Below are positions 52,316 to 64,000 of a stretch of DNA of 64,000 nt, in pieces. The position numbers and the translations under genes were made by a program. Each line of letters opens with the position of its first letter. Within the stretch, counting starts at the first letter, position 1. The stretch is from the NCBI RefSeq assembly GCF_009914755.1, contig NC_060925.1. One strand, written 5' to 3'. This DNA is from the human T2T-CHM13v2.0 reference genome, Homo sapiens. A model generated the notes under the pieces. It saw nothing but the letters and a program-made list of their open reading frames with translations, was not told the origin of the DNA and did not search any database.

Positions 52316-53334
52316 TCATCTCACCCATCCTAGTGCCTCTCTCATGGCTGACCTCTTTCTTGCCAAAATTAGCAAGGCAGTGATGTGTCCCTGCCTCCCT
52401 CATCACCAGTCCCCATATATGTGATGGCCGAGAAGGTCTTCCAGCATCTGACCTTGGGTCCCCCTGATGCAGTGCAACAAAGTCCCTGAAAGTGACAGGT
52501 TGGGACCTCAGGAGCCGTGGGCTGAGGATGCTGACAGATGAGGGGGGTAGAGGACAGCTGCGATGGCAGGACTGAGGGAGGGATCCCTGGGTGGATCTGG
52601 GATCTGGGAGGTTGGGAGTATGTTTGGGCTCCCACCCCAGGCCCTGGTAAGGTGGGAAGGTGTGCGAGAAGCGGGTGGGTTAGCCACGTGTCCACCACCA
52701 AGGGCCCTGGGGGACTGAATGTCTCAGAAGCCTTCTTTCCCTTAACAGTCCCACCCACCAAGATCTCTCCTTGTGGACCATTCCACTTGTAGTATGATTT
52801 GTGGTTTTCGGAGCAATTTGCATCCCTTTTGTTACTATCACTGCAACTCTTTGATGTAAACAAGACAAGAATTCTTTGTAACCAATGAGAAACTGAGGTT
52901 CCCAGAGGCCATGGTTTGCTCAAAGTCACACAACAATTTAGCACTGTAGGCAGGCTGAGGACCCAGGGCTCCTAATTCCTAAGGCCAACACCACACTGCA
53001 GAGTCAAAGCTGCTCAAAGTCAAAGCCACCCAGGGCAAGACTGACCACATCACACAGGTCCTGGTTCAGGTGTGCTGGCCTTCCTCCCAGGCACAGGGGA
53101 CAAAAGGGAAAAAAGGATGTCTTAAGCTTCTCTACTCAGCCCTCCATCACTGCCTAGAGTGTGCCAGGTAGCAGGGCCCTGGCCAAGACAAATGATTGAT
53201 GCCCAGAAGGAAGAATGGCTAAAATGGAGTTTTAGGTACACAGCAATTGCTCAGCAAATATTTAGTGAGTGAATGGATGCTGTAGCAGTTCTGGGAGGAC
53301 AAGTCCCTTTGCTGAGTATCCTTTAGAACAAACA

Positions 53335-53630
53335 TGAGCTTTTCTTGTGGGTGAACTGAGGCACAGAGGCGTGAATCACTGGCCTTAGGTAATAGCAGAA
53401 GCTTAGGAGTAACAATAATAATGGTGTTTTTATTTATTTGAGTACCTACCAAATACCAGTCGCTGCGCTAGGCGCTTTATGCAGGTAATGAATCCTCATC
53501 TGTAAAAAAAGACTAAAGGAGGGAACCCGAGTCCAGAGAGTGTAAGCAACTTGCCCAGGGTCACACAGCCAGGCAGTGTGGAGCTGGGATCCTAACACAG
53601 GTCGTCTGCCTCCAAAGCCCACCCTGTTTC
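53335..53630. mobile_element. MIR fragments (others near 51490-51630, 52870-52990 and 57920-58145)
   Basis: aaactgaggc..aacttgcccagggtcacacagc core. Confidence 0.65.
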
Positions 53631-53703
53631 CATCATGCCAAGAGGTGGAAGCCCACCTGTACATTCGTCTTTCTGCCCAACCTGGCCTCATCTCTGCTCT
53701 TAC

Positions 53704-53871
53704 CTCCTCCTTTTCCCCGCCTTGCAGGTCTCTCCACTCCTCAATGGGCTGGCCGAGGTCCACTGTGTTCATAGGCACCTTTACCTCTCCAATGATGTCA
53801 TGTTTGGAGAAGCGGTCAAAGTCATAGATGGCCATCACCAGAGTTTTGCCCCCAAGCTCCTGGTATGGCAC
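53704..53871 (-). CDS. SYT2: SYT2 coding exon [28 protein letters not shown]...GGEKEE (C2A C-terminal half)
   Basis: ccctgcag|GTG and GAG|gtaaga; 168 nt; DFDRFSKHD motif. Confidence 0.97.
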
Positions 53872-54191
53872 CTGCAGGGCACAAGCAGAATCAGAGGGGG
53901 CCAGAGCGACTCACGCACCTCCAGGGGTGCTATGGGCAGGGGCCTGCATTCCAGCCCACAGGGTCCAGGTTAGTGTGCCGAGACAGACAAAGACCAAGGC
54001 TTTTGGGGAGCAGAGTGTGAGGGTGGGGTGGGAGGGATCCCGATCCTCCATAGAGGCCGGGGTAGCCCTGCAGTCAAGGCTGCCATTGTTCCAGGCTGAG
54101 CCATGGCTAAGGACCAAGGAAAGGTCTGTAGAACTCAGCAGAGAATTGGGATCAGGCAGGGAGCTGGAGTCACCCTTCCAGCCCTCAGCAC

Positions 54192-54359
54192 CTTGAAGGT
54201 GAAGGTTTCATTGAAGGCAGGGTTCAGTGTCTTCCGATGGACTTTGGTCTCATATTTCTTCTTCTTGTCAGGAAGGAGGAAGACCTTGACATAAGGGTCT
54301 GAGGTGCCTCCCATGTCCAGGGCAGGCAGTTCAGCAGCCTGCAGAACGCCCACAGTAAG
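54192..54359 (-). CDS. SYT2: SYT2 coding exon [25 protein letters not shown]...FNETFTFK (C2A)
   Basis: ctccacag|CTT and AAG|gtgctg; 168 nt; SDPYVK motif. Confidence 0.97.
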
Positions 54360-54810
54360 CTGTGGAGAGAGATGGGGAGAAGGGGCCTGAGTCTCAGGAC
54401 TGCTCCAATACCACAACTGGCCCCAGACCCAGCACCCACCAATTCCGTCCCAGAGGAGGCAGTTGGGGCAGGGAAATGGCGGGAGGCTGGTGCTAGAGAG
54501 GAAGATTGGTCTCCATTTCCATCCCAAGGAATTTGGAATGGCATTTAGGAAACCTGAGAAAGGGAAATTGCCTTGCCCAAGGTTGGTGGGGAGGTTAATA
54601 GCATAATCAACTTGGAACCTTCCCCAAAGCAGGCTAGTGGCCAAGCCAGCATCAATGTCCAGAGCTATAGGCCCTGCAGTTTCCAGCCTGCCTCATTCTA
54701 TGGAAAGGAGTAGTGCCCACACATCTCTGAGGGAGCTGTTTCTATCCCCCTTCCACCCAACTCCCAGGCCTCTCCCCATTCCCCCACTCTGCCCCCACAG
54801 CCCTGCATAC

Positions 54811-54930
54811 CTGATTAGCCTGAAAATCATAGTCCAGGGAAAACTGCAGTTTGCCCAGGTTCTCTGGCTCTTTCTCCTCCTCCCCTTCACCTTCCCCCTC
54901 AGTCAGGCCTGTCTCTGCGTCGTCGTCATC
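54811..54930 (-). CDS. SYT2: SYT2 coding exon [40 protein letters not shown]
   Basis: ccacag|GAT and CAG|gtatgc; 120 nt; acidic linker and C2A start. Confidence 0.95.
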
Positions 54931-56266
54931 CTGTGGGAGCTGGGGGAGAGAGGGAACAAGTTAAAAGGGGAGGACCGAGAAGTCTGGCTTAGCACAGGAT
55001 GACGGGAAACCAGCCCCTCTGTGGTAGACCCTGACTCAGAGCTGTGTGTGGTGGGAACACAAGAGGGAACGTGGCCCTGCCATGGGACCCTCCTTCACGG
55101 CCCATCAGAACCCCTAGGTGGCTCCTCTACCCCCAACCCTGTGTTTGAGACATGGCTCTGGTTTGGGCACCACTCTCCTGCCTCTGAGACACACTGTGCT
55201 ATGGGACCAGGCCCTGTGCCAACTGCTCCATAGCTTCTAGGGGCTGGTGTGGGGGTAGGATTTACTTCCCTTGTAAGCCCTCTCCCAAACACTTTCCCCA
55301 GCTCAGGCCCCACGCATCCTGGGCAAGACATACCAGAAGTACGGTCCAGGCAGACAGGAGCAGAGTGAGCCCACAGAGGTGGAGAGAGAAAGAAGAAAGT
55401 GATGTAAGAGAAAATCCTGCAGCTCAAACCAGCCCCTGAAGTCACCACAGCCACTCCTCAAGACCAGGAAGGGCTACACCCAAGTCATCCTGGAACCCCT
55501 CCCAACACACTCTCACACTCACACACACTGCAGGTTCCTTTTGGGCCCACATACATACACATACCTGCATGTGCAAGGACATATACACACACACATGCAC
55601 TCAAAGGCCATTTAGATCCCTGGCTTCTGAGATCAAGCCCTTCCCTCCATCCTCCATATGGATTCCTTGAGCAAGAGATTCCTCCTAGTCACCCCCAAAC
55701 AAACATGGGGGAAATGGAAGCACACAGAGGCCTCTGCAAACTTAAAAGAAGAAAAGGAGCTTTCTAGGCTGACCAACACCAAAAGACAGGGGAAAATAAA
55801 TTATGATATGATTAATGATGGATTCCACTTGGCTCTGTCTTGGTGCCTCAGGGTCACTCTTCTGCCTCATTTGATTCCCGCCCCATGCCCAGTTAGATGC
55901 CTCCCATGAGATATTGTCCTTCAGTCTCTCTGGCTGGAAAACACAGGGTTAACTGATGGTGTCTTGCTGGTGTGGGGGTGTCTCTTTCCAACATTTTGTC
56001 CCAGTAGCCTCATTGGGGAGTCAATATATTGTTCTCCTTCACTGTCTTTCCAGGGATGAGTTCATGCTAACACAGGAATAAGGCCCCCCCCTCCCAGGGG
56101 CCTCCAGGTAGACGGTGTTATACTAGAGATGTAACTGAGAGAGCCAAGTTTTAAGGAGGGGAGCAGGTTTGGCTGTGGAAGCCCAGGAGCCTTTGCTTCC
56201 CCTTTCAGCATCAGGAAAGCCTGGGCTGAGCCCCTTCCAGTCCCCCTCACAACCAATGTGCCCTAC

Positions 56267-56433
56267 CTGACCCCCTTTCATGTCCTTCATGTTCATGGCA
56301 TTCTTCATGCCTTTGCCCTTCTCCTTCTTGTTCTTCTTCTTCTTGCAGCAGCATTTCTTGCAGATGCAGAAGCAGCAGGTGAGAAGCAGGAGCCCAGCAA
56401 CCACAGCAATGGCGATCAGTGCCCAGGGTGGTA
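56267..56433 (-). CDS. SYT2: SYT2 coding exon: transmembrane helix, Cys cluster and polybasic juxtamembrane linker
   Basis: gggcag|TA and CAG|gtaggg; 167 nt; [33 protein letters not shown]. Confidence 0.96.
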
Positions 56434-57404
56434 CTGCCCACACAGAGAAGATCCCAGGGTCAGCAGTGCCATGCCTTGCAGCCCCTGACCCCGTAGCATT
56501 GGGAAAAATGGGTGAGGAATATGACTGCCATCCCACAATGCCCACACCCCACATTTTAAAAGCCACACACCCATGAGTGATTTGTATGTAAGGTGCATAT
56601 ACTTTGCATGCCTTTTCAATCATGCCTTGCTTTTTTTTTTTTTTTTTTTTTTTGCCTACTGTCCTTGTTGGTATAGCCTGCTAGCTGAGAGGTAGCAACC
56701 AGGTGGATGCATGGAAGAATATCAGTTTAGCTCTATTGAGTTTTACTAGTGTGATCTATGGAGGACTGGCTCACTCTAGAGAGGATGGGATGATGCTTAT
56801 CAGTCCTTTGGCCTCTGCCCCTTGTGCCAAGTCTTGAGAGGGCTGATGCATAGCCAGATAGGCAGGCCAAGCTCCTTGAGGCTAGACCTAGACTGCTGCT
56901 GGGCTTTGCAAAACCCAACTGGGGATGGGTCCTGGGCTGCTCTCTGTGGTTCTGAAGCACCATCTCCCGCCAGTGTGGCTGCTCCCCCTTAATCTGCATC
57001 TCTGGTGTCTCCTATACAGCCTCTGCCAGAAATTCAAAAGCAGAGAGGGCTTTTATTTTCTATCTTCCAAAATAAATTTCAAAGTATTATTGGCAAACTT
57101 GAATAGTGACTTCTGTTTCATAATTTTTCATCGCCTTTTGGTTTCATCTTTAGACAGTTTTTTAAGTTATAAGAACTTTTCTTCCCCTGAGAAGTTGACG
57201 CACATAAACCCCCTTGTTTGCCACATTAGTGGCAGATCCTACTTCCCCCTCCCCGATTCCTGCAGGGGCTCTCCAAAAACCCAGCCTGAAATCTAAGCAT
57301 TAGGAAAGAGCCCAGCCAATCACATCCCAGTGGTATCCCCACCCTTCTTCACCTCTCCCAGACTCTAGCCTTGCCCCACCCTCTCAGCCACCAGAGACAC
57401 TCAC

Positions 57405-57582
57405 AGGGAATCTTGTTTATCTCATTGAATAACTTCTCCTTCAGTTTGGCAAACATGTCCTCCTGACTCTCCCCAGCACCCCCACTCTCAGTGGAGTTGT
57501 CCACGGGTCCAATGGGCATCGTGGCGGTGGTGGTGGCAGGAGCCACAATAGGCTCCTGGTTCCTCTTGAAAATGTTCCTCAT
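57405..57582 (-). CDS. SYT2: SYT2 first coding exon [11 protein letters not shown]...NEINKIP (luminal domain); the exon extends in the 5'UTR to 57599
   Basis: Strong Kozak GCCACCATG, acceptor ccccag| at 57600, donor T|gtgagt; 178 coding nt; N-S-T sequon at N29. All eight exons sum to 420 codons. Confidence 0.97.
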
Positions 57583-57769
57583 GGTGGCAGAGGAAACAGC
57601 TGGGGACGAGAGGTGAAGAGGGCAGGGTGAGCATCCAGAGGTCGTCTTACCCTGAGAAAGCCCTGCCCAAAGGACCAGGAGAAGCTCTTTATAGATCAAA
57701 GATATTTTGCATAATATTAACAACTGTAGTAAACCAATAATAATAGACATCATCCAATTAGTACACAGT

Positions 57770-57925
57770 CAGCCTGAGCAGCATAGCAAGACCCTATCTT
57801 TAGAAATTTTTTTTTTTTAGTTAGGCATAGTGGGGGCTGAAGTGATAGAGGATCACTTGAGTCCAGGAGTTTGAGGTTACATGAGCTATGGGTGATTAAG
57901 TAAGGTTCTGTCTCTTAAAAAAAAT
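57770..57925 (+). mobile_element. Degenerate Alu fragment
   Basis: cagcctgagcagcatagcaagacc..gaggatcacttgagtccaggagtttgagg. Confidence 0.7.
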
Positions 57926-60083
57926 AGTACATATATGTGCCAAGCACTGTGCAAAACACTTTCCATGCATTATTCATCTAATCCAAAAAATAACCTAATG
58001 GTTTTTATTGGTTCCATTTAACAGATGGGGAAACAGGTTCAGAGAGGTTAGATAGTTTTTCCAAGGTCACTTAGCTGTAAGTTCTGAAACTGAGGTTTGA
58101 ACTGGTCTGCCCAACTCCAGAGCCTGTATAGCTAATCACTCTCCTATATCTCATTGAAATCTAACCTCACCACTCTAGGAAGGAGACAAGGTTTTACACT
58201 GAGGGCTCCTCTTTCAACCTCTCTCCTTGACTTCCAAGGATTTCTAGATACTACTCTGCCTAGAATCTCTGCCCAGCTCCATGACACTTGACTCTCCTCA
58301 TGCCTGACTCCAATTCCTCCTCCTGCCCCGCGAGACTCCTCAGCTCTCTGCGGTTTCTTCACGGGCTCCCTCAGTGCCCACTCAGGGTTTGTTTTGACCT
58401 CTCCTGTAGGAAGACGGCACCCACATCTCCATCTCTAGCCCTTCCTCCCCGGTCTACTCTGTGGCCCCTACTCCAGGTTCATCTCTAGCCCTGCCCCCAC
58501 ATGCAGCTGTAGATTAGCCTTCCCGCATCAAAGATGTGATGTTTATTAATAACATAACCCAGACTTACCGTAGAAAATTTGGGGAGAGAGAGAGAAATCC
58601 CCCCATAATTCTACCCTCCAAAGTCAACTAGCATTTGGGGCATTCTATGCTGGTATTTTTTCTGAGTATGTTTTACATGTTGAGACCATACTATGTATAG
58701 TTTTTTTTCAAGATTTTTTACATAAAATTTCATCATAAGCCTTTTCCTTTATTGTTTTTTATTATTAAATAGCTACATAATATCCTACTATATGGTAACA
58801 CCATAATTTTTTTAGCCATTCCACTGTTAGACATTTAGGCAGTTTTCAACTTTTTCCTAGTAAAACACTGAGCATAAATGTTGGTCTTCATTTAAGGCAA
58901 TGTTCTTACGAGCTTCCAAACTCTGCCCCCCATAATTCTGTCCTCTCCACCAAGCTCTTTCTGCTCCTCAGGGCTATGCACTTATTTCTCAACTGAAAGT
59001 CCCATGAGGGCAGATCCTGTGTTGGCAACAGCACCCCTTGTGCCAAGCACACAGCGGGCACTCTGGGTATTTGTTGACTGAGCTCCTCTGAGGGAACATA
59101 GCAGCATACACCCACAGGTATTCCAGGATGCAAGAATAAACAGCACAACTCCCTGAGGCATCCGTTTTACTGAATGGCAATTTACAGTATTTTTAAATTA
59201 AAACAAGCTGGAAATAATAGAGTAGGATGCATACAGCACAAGAATTTAAAGAAAAAATGTGAGACTTTTCTCACTGCACGTTAGGTATGAGTTAACTCTC
59301 CTCTAGACTCAGGGTTCTTCTGAAGGAACATTTTAGGAGCTCTTAAGTTCTGTCCCTTCCTTTAAAAACCTGCTGAGATCCCCTCCCCAGCCCTGGAGAC
59401 TGCTCCAGCCTTAAGTACTTCTGGTGGCCTGTACATTGATGCAATGTAGGTTCATTCACCAAGCATTTATTTAACTCTTACTGTCTGCCATGTTGAAATA
59501 GCCTTGACCCCAAAACTGGTCTTGAAGTGAAAAACCAAGGTCCACTGGACTTCGCCTCTGGGGACAAAGAGATGGGTCCGGTTTGGCGGGAACTGCAAGT
59601 AGCCACACAAAGGGATAAAGATGTGTGTCCAGGGCCTTCCGCCATGTCCATCTCCCCTCACTTCTACCACACTGTTCAGGGCTCTGTGACCTTTTTTTTT
59701 TAAAAAACAGCTTTATTGAGATGTAATTCACATATGTCACCCTTTAAAGTACACAGTTCGGTGCATTTTATTGTATTCACAGAATAGTGGAACAATTAGC
59801 ATAACCTAAGTTAGAACATTTTTGCCACCTCAAAAAGAAACCCAGTCCCATTAGCAGTCACTCTCCATTCCCATCCTCTTCCCAGCTCCAGCAACCACTA
59901 ATCTACTTTCTGACTCTATAGATTTGTCTATCCTAAACATTTCCTATCAATGGAATTATAAAATATGTGGTCTTTGTGACTGGCTTCTTTCATTTAGTAT
60001 GATGTTTTCAAGGTTCATCTATGTTGTAGCATGTATCAGTATTTCATTCCCTTTTTATTGCCACATAATATTCCATTGTGTAG

Positions 60084-60387
<304 letters not shown>

Positions 60388-60693
60388 TAGAACATATTTT
60401 ATATTTATCCATTCATCAATTTATAAATATTTGGGTTATTTCCACTTTGGGCTATTTTATAACTAAATATAGCTAATAATATCCCACTTGTGGGATATTA
60501 TGAATAATGCTGCTATGAACATCCATGCATAAGTTTTTGCGTGGACATATGTTTTCATTTCTCTTGGGTATATACATAGGTATGGAATTGCTGGGTCATA
60601 ACTATGTTTGACATTTTAAGGTGCCAGCACCAATTTATGTTCCCACCAGCAATGTATGAGGGTTCCAAGTTTTCCACATCCCAGACAACACTT

Positions 60694-63059
<2,366 letters not shown>

Positions 63060-63159
63060 TAAGAATTTTTATATATTCTGCATACCAGTTCCTTTTTGAA
63101 CATATAATTTGCAAATATTTTCTCTCATTCTAGGGTTATATTTTCATTTTGTGTGTGTG

Positions 63160-63466
<307 letters not shown>

Positions 63467-63674
63467 CATATTTTCAGTTTTTAATGGTGTCCTTTGAAGC
63501 AAAAAAGTTTTCAATTTTGATGATGTCCAATTTAGCTGTTTCTTTTGCTGCCATATTTTTGGTGCTATATCCAAGAAACCATCACTAAACCTAAGGGCAC
63601 TAAGATTTACTCCTTTGTTTTCTTATGGGAGTTGCATAGTTTTAGCTCTCACATTCAAGTCTACAAGCCACTTA

Positions 63675-63866
63675 TTTTTTAAGACAGGGTCTCACTCTGT
63701 TACCCAGGCTAAAGTGCAGTGGCATGATCATGGCTCACTGCAGCCATGGCCTCCTGAGCTCAAGTGATCCTCCAGCCTCAGCCTCCCGAGTAGCTAGGAC
63801 TACAGCCATGTGCCATTACATCTGGCTAATTTTTAATTTTCTTCTAGAAATTAGGTTCCACTATGT
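63675..63866 (-). mobile_element. Partial Alu (AluJ-like)
   Basis: agacagggtctcactctg..cactgcagcc. Confidence 0.85.
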
Positions 63867-64000
63867 TTCTACAATCCACTTTGAGTATGGCGTAAGGAAG
63901 GGGTTCACATTCATTCGTTTGTATGTGGATATCCATTTGGTATATAACATTTGTTGAAAAGACTATTCTGTCCTCCATCCAGTTGTCTTAGTTCCCTTGT

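Overview
Primate genomic DNA, almost certainly human (chr1q32.1 by recognition of the genes; the SYT2 Leu51 codon fits human/chimpanzee). There are no prokaryotic features. Two genes converge tail to tail. On the + strand is the 3' part of PPP1R12B (MYPT2): a 17-nt microexon, four coiled-coil exons, two homologous alternative leucine-zipper exons and an 8-12 kb 3'UTR. On the - strand are all eight coding exons of SYT2; my exon boundaries sum to 1260 nt, i.e. 419 aa plus stop, followed by a ~6.2 kb 3'UTR. The rest is introns with Alu, L1, L2, MIR, MER41A, MLT1, MER5, MER58 and MER53 repeats plus microsatellites. Nearly all ORFs in the supplied track are spurious. I see no wholly new gene system. 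The best candidates for undescribed biology are at the RNA-processing level: (1) a frame-compatible 44-nt candidate exon that could replace the RBFOX-flanked 17-nt microexon; (2) candidate leucine-zipper-negative or poison exons upstream of the duplicated zipper exons; (3) a ~2.1 kb sense/antisense 3'UTR overlap controlled by poly(A)-site choice; (4) dsRNA elements in both UTRs (an inverted Alu pair and a near-perfect MER53 hairpin). Repeat boundaries and subfamilies were called by eye and are approximate.
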